Made by a program: the position numbers and the translations under genes
DNA from: Okamejei kenojei
Lineage: Eukaryota
Reading direction: 5' to 3'
DNA: 64,000 nt
Assembly: GCA_035221665.1 (NCBI GenBank)
Contig: CM069162.1
Span: forward strand, 22,754,001-22,818,000
The notes under the pieces: model-generated
What the model was told of the DNA's origin: nothing
Databases searched by the model: none
The model's input: only the letters and a program-made list of their open reading frames with translations
In this document: piece by piece, positions 23,055-35,340 of the stretch
Layout: each line of letters begins with the position of its first letter
Numbering within the stretch: the stretch's first letter is position 1

Positions 23055-23262
23055 AGGACACAAAGTGCTGGATAACTCGGCGGGTGAATCAGCATCTCTG
23101 GAGAACCTGGGTCGGTTACATTTCCGGTTCGGACCGTTCTTCAGACGAGACCTAAAACATCCCTTATCCATGTTGTCCGGGGATGCTGTCTGATCTGCTG
23201 AGTTATTCCAGCACTTTGTGTCCTTTTGTGTAAACCAGCACCTACAGTTCCTTGTTTCTACA
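23055..23262. mobile_element. Fold-back Penelope-terminal-repeat element
   Basis: ggacacaaagtgctgga...tccagcactttgtgtcc inverted arms; minus strand 23146-23113 reads gt-CTGAAGA-acggtccgaaccg-GAAA-tGTA-ac. Confidence 0.8.
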
Positions 23263-25084
23263 CAACAATTGAACAAGTTGTTTTCTTCTTTTGCTGTAAA
23301 TGATCGGTAAAAAAACAGGCATTTTCTGTTTCTCTGACTTGGAAACCTGAAGTAGGATAACATACATCCCACTGCTATAATTAAAATCAGGTTGTTTTAA
23401 AATATTAATGACTGGAGTTTTTGATGGAAACATTTTTTTAATGTTTCAGTGCATATAGATGAGTCATTGAGCAAATATTCATTGAAAATATGGACAGGCT
23501 AGCATGACTTGTCTAGAGCACATTTCAGAATGAAACAGATGTGCAGTTTTTTTTTTACCCTTTGCGGAACAGCGCTAACAGATTTGTTAAATTAAGCCTA
23601 CAGAATAGTTTCCTTTCCCATGAGGACATCTTGGAAGCCCGTACCAGTTACTGCAAGGTTGGGTGGTTTAACCATTCAGATTGTACAGAGGAATTTAGGA
23701 GTTGATATAATAATCTCTAATAAAAAGTAAAAATGACCCAGTTAAGATTTGACAGATAAAGCAGGTGATCTAAGCTAAGAAACGCAAGACATTGAACAGC
23801 TGAGCTATCAAGCACATTTACTCTGTTTGCTTGAATTCCTGGGAGATCAATAAGGGACTGTGTAAACCGATGATTTAAAATTGTTCTTAAACCTGTAAAG
23901 AATTTCCTTACGGTGTACTGAAGTTGAGTCGAACAATCATTTTTTTTCATAATGTGCTTCTCTCTACATGGCTGAAAGCAATGATTGCATTACTACGCTC
24001 TGTCACCACCTAAGACTTAGCACCTCCTCCCCAGCTTGTCAGTTTGACTTGCTGCAGTACCAGACACATGAATCTGCCTGTAATGTTCAAAGCCTTGCCA
24101 GTTTTAACGTGGGAGAAGATGGACAAAAATGATGATCTGGCAGAAGAACTGGACCATGCATAGATAGTACTAGTTTATCTGAATGTTTAATTAATCTTTT
24201 TAAAAGGTTGAACCGGTAACCAAATTCTGTGAGAGGAAGCTGGGAGTCCTGTGCTATAGTGCACTGAAATCTCTCGTAGTGTGTGACGGGTTTTACTGGT
24301 TCTTGGCCCAGCTGCAAGGGGTGTGGTATCCTCTTTCAGAGAACATAAGCACTTCCTCTGTTCCACCCACTTGGAGCAATAAGTCTGCAGCAGAGTCCGA
24401 AATCTCAGGGAAAAAACTAAAATTCATTCCAACCAAAAGAAGAAATTTGTACTTTTTAATGCCTTTGTTAGAAATTAGTAAAAGAGTTGGGATAGGTGGA
24501 AGCAACACAATGCCACATAAAATTGTGTTTGGTTCAGAAATCCCTACTTCTCCCCATCAATTGAAAACAAAGACTCTACTGACCATTTTCCATTGGGGCT
24601 CCGCTGATTGCCAAGACATTTTGTTGTTTTTAAAATGGCCTGACTTTCAGATAACGTTGACAGCCAAAGTTCATGAGCAGTGATTCGAGCACAATGTTGA
24701 ATTCTATTTCCCAGCATGACATAATGTTGGCAAACTCTTGTTCAGAATCAAATATATAGTTGAGGGACTCTCGGTCTGTTTTGTTCTTGTTATTTGGTTG
24801 ACTGTATTTTGTCTTTCGAGATTCTTTTAATCCCAAGTTTTGTCCATGCTGGTCAATCTTTGATAGGTTTCTGCTGCCAAACACAGTGCTGTTCCAATCA
24901 ATTGCTTAATCTCACGTTAGTCCCCAACAGGAGCTTCCTCTGAGGGCAGATGAGACATATTTGCTGATACTTGGAAGAAATTGTGTAATTATATATTTTG
25001 TTTTATTTATTGAATTTCATAACTAGGCTACTTGGACAAAGCATTACACTTGCTTATACATATTGGTATGTTTATTTCCAGATG

Positions 25085-25225
25085 TGCCCAAGACTTAGTC
25101 ATCTGTTGCTGGCTCTGATTTGTTCTGGCCTTTTCCTATCTCCAGTTCCCTCCCCTCTGCTTTCAGTCTGAACAAGGGTTCAGACACAAAATCTGCTGAG
25201 TTAGTCCAGCCCTTTGTGTCCATCT
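25085..25225 (+). mobile_element. Penelope terminal-repeat fragment
   Basis: cagtctgaacaagggttcagac...ctgctgagtta.tccagc.ctttgtgtc. Confidence 0.55.
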
Positions 25226-26495
25226 TGAGCCCAGACAACATAGATGAATGAAGACTATGACATACACCACCCTCTCCCCAAATTACGTTATAATACAATA
25301 TGATTTTGTTTGTTCATTAGCCTGCCTATCCCATCCAAGAACTAAACTGTTGCTGTATTGTCAGGCAGACTGTGGTAGTTTTGTTATCATTTACATTAAC
25401 GTAACGTATCTTCTCATCATTCTCCACAATGTACTCGACATATTGTCAATACCTTTGTGAAGGAAACAACTAATAACTCAAACTATCTCTGCAAACATAA
25501 TACGCCTCTACTCGGATAAATACTTTCAACTAGAACACTGATAACAAATGCCACTATTGCTTAAGTTCTTGATGCATGTACAAGTTATCATGCACAAACA
25601 GATTAAAATATTAAACCTTTATGATTGTACGTATACACCCAGCTGATAGATGAAAAAGTGTGCACGCAATAAGTCAGGAGTTGTCAGCCCTAGATGGAAT
25701 GTATACATTTTCTGCTGGTATTTATACAATACAAATATAGATTTGTATGTTTTAAAGTAGACTTTTGGGGAATGGACATTCAGAGATTTAATTTGACCAA
25801 AGTATTTCCACTGCCATTACACAAATTTATGCTTTTCATAGTTCCTAATCATGAAAATAAAAAACATGGTATTTAAATTATGATGTACATTTAACTTTCT
25901 GAATTTAAACTCTGGCTGACTTAATTTTCTCCATTTTAGTATTGAAGGTTTTAGGACATATCAACAAGGAGAATGTTCTGGAATAGGATCCCAGCACATT
26001 ATCCGGCTCGTTAAACTTGGTGATGTGACAGTGACTCTCAAGGAGTGGATTTAGGTCCATGGTCACTAAATAGTAATGAAAATGTGCTCATCTGCATTTA
26101 CAATGGGATTGAAAACTCACCCATATTTGCATGGGAGAATTTATTATCTCATGCCTGAGTCAAGATCATAATTGCTGGCTTGGATTAAGAGGCTTCAAAT
26201 GGGAAGCCCTGTTACAACAGTTTAAGCAGTACATCCAGCATGAAGAGAATTTGGAAACTGTCAAACATGATCATGCCTGTCTGGCTCTATATTTAAACCA
26301 CTTGAAAACCATCCCTGGAACCTCCACTTTAAGTGAATGAGATAGGCACTATTTGAATGTATGGTAATGCTGGTTTGGTGAGTTTTCAGGTCACTATACT
26401 TGGCCAAAACTTTAACAACCAAATTAAAGCCACCTGTACAAGAGGAGACTCCACTGCCAGGAACAGACAATGGCTTTGTATCTACTGTATGTATG

Positions 26496-26759
26496 TTTAG
26501 TTTACAAATACAGCGTGGAAACAGGCCATTCGGCACACAGAATCCGCACCGACCAGCAATCACCTTTACAATGTCTATCCTACACACTAGTATCAATTTT
26601 CTAGAAGCCATTTCACTTTACAAACCTACACGTCTTTGGAGTGTGGGAGGAAACCAGAGCACTCGAAGTAAACCCACGTAATCACTGGGAGAACTTACAA
26701 ACACTGCACAGTCAGGATCGAACCCAGGTTTCTGGCGCTGTAAGGCAGCAGCATATCTA
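26496..26759 (-). mobile_element. HE1-type V-SINE
   Basis: Reverse copy, head truncated. Confidence 0.85.
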
Positions 26760-29700
26760 TGTGAAATGCAGATGCTTTCTAAATTATGTTGGCAGTGGAA
26801 ATTTCTTTTTTCTGTTGGTTGCTTGGTGGAAAACTCTTCTGATGTCTCGTAATTTGAAAATAATCCAGTAACCATAGTTGTTTTGAGAAATCAAAATAGT
26901 CCTGATGCACAAATGAATTGTACCATTTAGTTGAATTTAATCTCTCTTTATTTCCATTTGATTTGGCAAACTAAATGTAAGGAAATGCACAGATATAATC
27001 CATCAAGAACGCTGGAGGGAATTTAATTACACCACCCGTTTCAGACTTTTTTCATGTAAGTTAATAGGCGTCTGACCCCAGCCTGCTAATTGTAATATCA
27101 CCCGCAGTGACTGTAATTCTGACAGCGTTACGCATAAATTCACTTTGGTTGAATTAACTGAGCGATGCACAGATCTGACAAGTCAGTTAAAAATGCTTCC
27201 AAAAGGAACAATGAGAGACCTGCAGCCAAATAAAATGGTACATTCATATATTTTAGTATTACTTGTGTCAGTTGGTTTAAAAAAAAATAAAGGTCACCTA
27301 TATCATTTTCATTTCTGAAGCTGTATTTTTCCAGTGGAGCTGCAGCTGTAGTTTTCTTTAAATCAAATCGGGCTACGTTGGGGTGATCAGAGATTCTCTA
27401 GTAAGGTATGTCAGTCTCAGCAGGGCAGCTAAAACTTACTAACTGAACAAAGTTGTAGGTAAGGCGAGTGAAAAATATTTTTAAAATAAATCCCAAATGC
27501 AATGCCATGTATTGTACGTCTTTTCCTTCACATTGCTGCTGTGAATTCTATGCAGGCAGGACATTGCACAATTTCAGTCTCATTTGGAGAACAAATTAAC
27601 AATTTTACTGTTTATTGCGGAGTAATTTAACAGTAGTCTGGGAATAAATTCCTTCACAAACGGGTTAGGGTCCGGTTGTAGTCATGGTCTGGGGAGTGTT
27701 TGTTACTGCCTGTGTTGAGCTGTGTGTGCCTGTGCCATAGCAAAAAAACATTCCATGGTAATCATTGATATTGAAGGCACCACCTTAAGCTGGCATGCCA
27801 GAAATAATTCCTATGGAAGACACATTAAGATGGTTGGCTCTGATAAGACCCGACAGAAATGCAGGATTTATTTTGCTACAAAAACACTTTCATGAAATTT
27901 TTATTTAATAGAAGAATTAGTAGAAGACTCTTAGACATCTATAATGTATTGGGAAGACAAGCTAACGATCTTTGAAATATAGAGTAGTCAGCACAGGCTG
28001 ACCAAAACAAGAGTCTATGTCTATGTGCAGCTGCTTCTGGGAAGTGAAAACGCTGGTGGCTGTCGATCCTTCCATTCACTGACGCATTCGCTGCCCTTGA
28101 AAGTACTGACAATGTACTTAGTGCTGCAGAACATTCTTAACAATGTTTTACACTACCCGACAATTAAACTATGGTTCGGATTCTTTCACAAGGTGTCCCT
28201 GGATTTTATATAGAATGTTCTGTAAAATGTAATTCAACCTTGCTGCGTATGTCATTTTTTTGTTCTCTGACCAGTTCGTTCTCTGTTCCCTGCTGGCTTT
28301 TCATTTATCCCTACCATGGCCAAAGCAAGTATTTTTTTGTCGGAGCATGGAACTACGTGCCTTCTGTACTTCACTCATCATTCCATCAGTGAATGTTGTC
28401 AATGAATAAACTGGTTGTTCCATCACACAGATCTCTGAAATGTCATTGCTAGATGTCCAAGGGCACTTGCAGCATTGTTCACTGAACGGTGTGTTTAGAA
28501 GCATGACATTCCTGCTAGGGCAGGAGACTTGCTTAGATATGGCATCTTGATCAGACTGGAAGAGTATGGCTGAAAGGCCTATTTCCATGCTGTATACATT
28601 TATGATAGTCTAGAGTTCAAGGCCAATGAGAGCAATTCATACCACCCAAAAGTGAGTTGATAATGACAGGTGCAGGCAATGAGGCTTACTCGCCTCGACC
28701 TTGCATTTGTTTTCCAAGCTGCAGCCAGAATCTGCTGCTGGCCTCTATCTTCCATCCACTAGAAGGTTAGGAAGAAGCAACGTTGAATATGCAACTGAGT
28801 AGCAAGTCCTTGAATTCCATCCTGGCAGGTAGGTGCTGACTCCTAAACTTGCTACGGTGAAGCGTGACAATCCAGCTTGCACCCAGTGCACCCTGACAGT
28901 GCTGCTAGGTCAGGTCAGGTGTCCAGTGTGACAAAGCACTTGTATTTGGATTGGGTTTGGCTGTTCCCCAGCTCAGCACCATGCATTAGATTTAGGGCTA
29001 ACCCTGACCCTAACGCCTCCAGATTAGAGTGCAACAATCTTGATGTTGGTCGGGACAACTCTGGATCAGGTCTTGGGCAGATCTCATATATGAAGCTTAC
29101 AATGGGATCGATGTTTCAAGTGCATTAATTCTGTTGTTCTGCTATCTTAATTTCTGTTGGTGCAGATATGCTCTGCTGTCTATACTGTGCTCTGGTTTCT
29201 CAGTGACAGCAGGGGTCTAGATACAAGCCCCCTCTACATTGTCAACAATTCTATCCCAGGATGGATAGGGTTAAGCAGAAACTCCTGGGGAAAGAATACA
29301 CACCTTGGGCTCAGATTTCACCCTCAGCCTTATCTGCAATCAAACCATAATTAATATAAGGGTATTGTTAAAACTCACCAATTCATATTTGTGCATTGAT
29401 AATAACAGGAAATTGTTGGAGATACTCTGCAGGTCAGGCAGCAACTATTGAAAGGGAAGCAGAGTTGACGTTTCAGGTCCACAGATGTGTCCTGCTGAAT
29501 ATTTTCAGCATTTTCTGTTTTTTCCAGACTTTCAGTATTTGCAGTTCTTTGATCTTTGTTTTACTTTGGTTCGTTACTTTATCACGCAAGGAGCCAGTGG
29601 AAGAATGACTGTGCGTCTGTGAATGTGGGTCAGGACGCTGTAGTATGCCTCATCTTCAGGGACAAATGGGTCAGTGTGTCTGTGGACTACTAATTTAGAG

Positions 29701-30808
29701 ACAGATAATTAATTTTATTAGCTGGATGCAGGAACATGCAGTAGGAAATTGTGCTGGGAATTTCAGGGCACCTTTAGTTGGTAGATAGTCCTGGGAGAAC
29801 ACATCAGTCAGTTCAGTGAAGCCCATCTCCTGGGGTTATACTGATCTAATTATTGTGTCATACAGCATGGAACAAGGCCCTTCACCCCTATTCTTAAGAC
29901 TGCTTTCTGAGCTTTCAAGCTCCTGCATCTTCTTTCAGAAGGTAGAAGATAGAAAAGAATATGGCCAGGGTGACAGGCATCCTCAACTATATTTCTGGGC
30001 TGTATTCACCACTCTCTGCAGGTTCAGATGGTCAACAGCAGAGCAGTTGCCACACCATGCACCCTGTCAGGGTACTATCTGCGGTTTCTGGGATCCAAAA
30101 TTATGGAGGTTTGCTTGAAACAGTGGGAATAGTAGATTGAGAGGTTGAAGAGGTTTAAAGCCCTTGCTAGGTGACAAATGGCCTTCAGGAAGGATATCCT
30201 ATTTCATGCTGGAGGAGAATGGACATTGCTCCAGAATATTAATTTTGTTATTAAAACAAGGTTGGTTGGCACTCTGTCTCTGTAATTGTAAGTCTCATAA
30301 AGTGCAAGATCTGCATTTGTGAGAGTGGAGTACGGGCAAAAAAATAAGTTGTTTATGCATTCAGTTCAAGTGGAGTGGAGATGGGGGAATGCAAAAGAAT
30401 TGCACTATCAGAAATTTAAATCCATTTCACCCCAGCAACGCTGCACTGCAAATAACATTGTGTTAGGTTAGAGCTCCCCAGTGATGTGTTGCAAGTTCTT
30501 GCAATTCTTAGCATGTTACTCAATAAATGTGATTGTTGCAGCCAGCTCTGAAAGGGACAAACTGCAGTGCTAGTTAGGAGGGAGGATAGTAGGAGAGTGT
30601 TCCTTGTAGGTTGCTGAAGTAAATGACCTGCATTGTGAGGAGGTGCTGGCTGAAGTCTACCAAGTTAAGACAACTTTAACAGTTGAACTCTACCTGTTTG
30701 GCTGACAAATGTCTTGTTCCAGCGGCCAGATACTACACTCAAGGCAACTCAGGTTGTCCAGGTCCTAGATGTAAAGAGGCTGATTCCTCAGGACTTGGAC
30801 GGCATCTA

Positions 30809-31066
30809 CATCGGTAGAGTTATTGTCTTACAGCGCCAGAGACCTAGGTTTGATCCTGACTATGGGTGCGGTCTGTATGGAGTTTGTTTGTTCTCCCTGT
30901 GTCTGCATGGGTTTCTTCGGGTTTGTAGGTTAATTGTCTTCGGTAAAATGGTAAATTATCCCAAGTGTGTAGGATAGTGCTAGTGTACAGGGCAATCACT
31001 GGTCGGCACGGACTCGGTTGGCCGAAAGGCCTGTTTCCATACTGTATCCTAAAGTCTAAAGTAAAA
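30809..31066 (+). mobile_element. HE1-type V-SINE with internal deletion
   Basis: cggtagagtt...ggtttgatcctgac...ggcctgtttcc...ctaaag tail. Confidence 0.85.
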
Positions 31067-31633
31067 GACTGAGAGTCCAGAACCTTGGCAATGGTGTCAG
31101 GACTGATTTCACGAGAAATCTCCTAAAGGGTTGTCAATTTATTAAGTTATCTACCGCGGAGATCTGTGAATGCTCAGTTATCGACAATGTTGAAGGCAAA
31201 CCTGATAGATTTCTGGGTACCAATAGAGTAGGGTATGAGGGCCTGTGGGAGTGGACTTGAAGTAGTGGATCCATTCTGCTACTGGATGGTATCTTTTAAG
31301 ATCTCTTTCAAGAGAGAAAATAAAATATTGTGACGCTTAAAGAGAATTGACCTAATCAATGCTACTTCTAGATCACTCTTTGTAACTCTTTTGCATCCAA
31401 CTCGCTAATGACTGGTGTCAGCTTACAGTGACTTTTTAAAATTTAAAATATGCTTCATTATCTCAATAATGAGCTTCATTACTATTGAATCGATACAATA
31501 TGTGTCAGTCTGCCAATAGGAGTGAAATCACTTTTTTTTTAAAGCCTCAGGTGTCTCCCCTTACTCTTACTCCCCTGCCTTTGCACAAGCACCAATGACC
31601 AAAGGAAAAAAGAGAGTGAAAACAGTCAAATTA

Positions 31634-31689
31634 CTGCAGCACCCACCCTTCATAAGGTGTTGAAGTGTCTTCAACAGTGGGTGCTGCAG
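31634..31689. repeat. Perfect T-shaped (three-way junction) inverted repeat
   Basis: Outer stem CTGCAGCACCCAC/GTGGGTGCTGCAG (13 bp) encloses CCTT-cat-AAGG and TGTTGAAG-tgt-CTTCAACA with no unpaired junction bases. Confidence 0.85.
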
Positions 31690-32921
31690 AACATAAACTC
31701 AAATGCACTTCCAAGTGTGCAGGTTAAGATTCCTGTTACAATGCAGCACTGACTGATGTTTAACTTCGCCAACCGAATATGTCATCAGTCTCCCTAAGTG
31801 TTGCACCACACAAAACTGTAATTCACTGAAGGGGGTTCCTTCCTTCTGTCATCACTCCAGTTGTGTGGATGAACAGTTTTATCAAATGATTGAAACTATT
31901 TTTAACAAGTTATGAACACAGAAGCAGATTTGCAAAATGAAATACTCCTTTCTTTTCCCCCAAAAGAAAACAGAATGTTTGTTTTTTTCAATATCTTAAT
32001 TTCTTTAACATGAGAGCAAATAGGTGCAGACAAAACTAATTTTAAATCCTTAATTGGACACTATTAATAGTGGGTCTGTGCAGACATGACATGTGAATGT
32101 TCAGTCATCCTGCAGTGCGTTCCATACACCCCAGGCAATGAATCAGTCACTTCCCATAGAAAAGACAATCTGTCTTCTCATGTCTCCACCCACCTTTCTC
32201 TTTTTTTGCCACTGCTGCTTACAGACAGGGAAATCATTTTTCCTGATGAGACACAGCAATCTGCTTGGATAGTAGGCTAATGCTGTATACAGCTGGTGCT
32301 GTCTTGTCAAATAAAATTAACTCCAGTCTGCATTGAGGTCTGTGGAAATTTCTCCCCCCCCCCCCCCCCTTTTTTTTAAAATCCTTGTTCCCATAATTTT
32401 TCCAGGCTCCTTATAGAATGTAGTTTTATTGGTGTAGATATTCATTATTTATGCATAGTCCTGGGCGAAATGGAGTCAGGCGATTGATCCTGGGGGCATC
32501 ACACCTTCTCCCTGCCGTTAACGCACGTACGGACCAGTGTACCCAACAGTGGATACTGTTGGAGGGGTTCAGTTGCGTAATATGGCAAGGAATGATTTAC
32601 CATCAGCTTTTATCAAGAATATAACCTAGAAATCAGTACACGGAGTCTGTGTTTTTCAGAGACTATTTAGAGCGACAATTTTCAGCATCAGTTCAGTTTA
32701 GCATCTAGTGTGGGTCATACTGGAGGTGTTTTGGGGGTGAGATCTCACCAGATGCAGGATTACAGTGGACCCAAGTCCTTGCGCTACTGGTGTTTTTCTG
32801 ACATCATTTTTGACCAATACCCATTTCTGCTTAAACCGACACAAGCTGGAGCAGAAAGCTCCGTGTTACATCTGCTGCACAATGGTCTCAGAAGAACAAT
32901 GAGCACGCTGTTGCATTTAAA

Positions 32922-33050
32922 GGGGCACAAAATGCTGGAGTAACGCAGCGAAGATTCCTTTTTTCCATAGATGATGCCTGACCCGCTGAGTTACTCTAGG
33001 TTTTGTGTCTATCTTCGGTGTAAGCCAACATCTGCAGTTCCTTCCTACAC
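32922..33050. mobile_element. Fold-back Penelope-terminal-repeat element with centre deleted
   Basis: cacaaaatgctggagtaac.cagcg ... cgctgagttactctag.ttttgtg. Confidence 0.7.
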
Positions 33051-33727
33051 TTTCCTGACGCTGGGAGACCAGACTGGACTGTGCCAGCAGTGCCTGTACA
33101 CTGCACAAACTTGGCAGATGTGATGCAATTTGCTTTTGTCTTCCCTGCAGGGTTGGACTATTGAATGGTGCAAATGCTGCCTTCACTTAGAGAGGTGGAT
33201 TAATCCAATTCATGTTGTATTAGCAAATGTGATGTTTAGAAAATAAAAAAGTGTATGGTCTCATGCGACATTCTATGAAATGCAGTGATGCAAGCGAAAA
33301 AATAAATAAAAGGCACTCTGGCAAGAATTACCCCATTTTACAGATTATCGTTTTGGAAAATAAGTTACAATTCATAAAATACTGCAAATAAAGTACGGAT
33401 TTGTTCTCTGAGGTAGATTATGCTATACCATAAGTGGCACAAGTGAGTGGATTGATTTTATCAAATGAATATTGGTGTAGTGTCCATAACCTGTTCCTAT
33501 TAATATGTGCCAAAACTTTCTAGCATGTAGTCAGAGTCATCACCAAGTTTGCTCGAACAAATTCTATCATACTGTACTTGAGTAATGAGTCGGTGAGATG
33601 TTTTTATTCCCTCTGCACCAACACTTGGATGGGCTTGTTCAGTTGGTGAAGGGGGTTCCTGTGGGAACTGGGCCTGGCTTACAGCAGCTCCAGTAAGCAG
33701 TTGGGTCATATTGCTTCCTCAACCAGG

Positions 33728-33853
33728 GGTGACACAGTGGCGCAGCAGTAGTTGCTGCCTTACAGTGCCAGGGACACGGGTTCGAACCTGAACTTGGGTG
33801 CTGTCTGTATGAAGGTTGTACGGTCTCCCTGTGACCGCATGGGTTTTCTCCGG
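33728..33853 (+). mobile_element. HE1-type V-SINE, 5' part
   Basis: gacacagtggcgcagcag...ggttcgaacc (A- and B-boxes). Confidence 0.8.
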
Positions 33854-34639
33854 CTGGCTGAGTCCCCGTGGCAACTGAAGACTCAGAAAGAAAGCGGGGA
33901 CGGTGCCGTGGTGCAGCAGGTTGAGTACCCGTTTCTTTGGCTTCGATCTGGGAACTTTATTTCTGTTTCCATTTACTAATTTCCCAGTCATTCTACTTGA
34001 GGAATCAAATTGATTTTGATTGTGTTGGAGGATAATGATCAACCTTGTTTAAATTCCGCGAAACCAGCCAAGACATCATTCCTGTCAAGAGGCCATGAAA
34101 GACACAAGTTTGTCTGTGTGTTCTGATGAGAAATAAACAGAGAATTAAACCACATGTGCCACATTTCCTGGATCTGCTCAAAGCATTAATAAACTTCAAT
34201 GGACCAATTTTTGAAACTAAAAAAGTGCAGACAACCTTTACTTTTGTTGATCTGTATGTTGTAGCCAAATTGAAGCAATTCGATGGGGATTATTCTGTAT
34301 TTGCTGATCACGTTATGTTCCGTACAATAGTCACCAGGTTACATGATCATGGGTCTCGACAAGATCCCCTTCAATGTCACTCAAGTTCCAACAGATTTGT
34401 TTTTAAGTTTTCTTTCAACCTTTTCCCCTTCCTGTTGGCTGAGTACACAGGAGAGTGGGAGGTGAAATTGATTTCCTGGTTGGTGTTCTATTTAGCTTTC
34501 TCCACAAGCATTTGAATTCTTTGATGTGAGTTACAGTAAGTTTGGTTAACCCTTCTATGAGTGTAATGACCGTGTTTCTCTAAAAAGAAAGCACTGGGAA
34601 TTCATGTAGAGCTTTTTAACTTGTAATTCATTAATAGGT

Positions 34640-35340
34640 TGATGAATTGGTGGCAAGAGATGGCGGGTGGGGTGTTTAGGATGTTGAAAGGGTGCTGATA
34701 AGGCAGGCTGCTTTATCCTATCACTCACAGGATCTGTCTGGGTAATCTTGTACTTTGTATGCCAACAAAATCTCTTGTGTCACGCTTCTTTGGTGTCTGT
34801 GAAGTTGCGCTTATCTACGCAAGTAGACAGTATTTCTTCATACTTCTCACTGTGCCTTGCAGATGGTGGAAAGGCTCTGAGGAGTCGGGAGGTAAGATGC
34901 AAATAAATGGAAGATTATTGATGAAACAGTTAAAAATGGTCGGGCCAAGAATCATGTGCTGTGGCATTCCTATAGGAATGCCCTTTCACTGAAATAATTG
35001 ACTTCCAGCAACAGTAATCACAACTATCTTGCTTTGTAGAAGGTTTGGCTCAAAACAGTAGAGGCTTTTTCTCCTTTATTCCCATTGAATTCAGTTTTAT
35101 CAAAGCTCCTTGATGCTGGACAAGTTTCAATGTTGGCATGATGTTATGAACAGTCAATCTCACTTCAAGCCTGGAATTCATCTTCCATATTGCCAGGTAA
35201 TTGCCATCAAAACTTCTTGTGGAGAGGCAAGCCCAATTATGCAACATATATATCTTCATCATCACAGCAAGGATATGCGTGTCCCAATGAATGCGGCATT
35301 CGTTGACCTTGGCCCTCTTGTTTTGATAGCCCATAACAAA
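34640..35340 (-). mobile_element. Old CR1-clade LINE RT fragment
   Basis: Minus-strand remnant VQHQGALIKLNSMGI resembles CR1 RT VWHxGLLxKLxSxGI; related decayed pieces at ~12990-13170 and ~61640-62020. Confidence 0.5.

Noticed and set aside
28815-28835. Other CAG|GT juxtapositions (28829; also ~35196, ~36033)
   Set aside because: Weak pyrimidine tracts or located in antisense LINE remnants; much poorer than the 9990 site.
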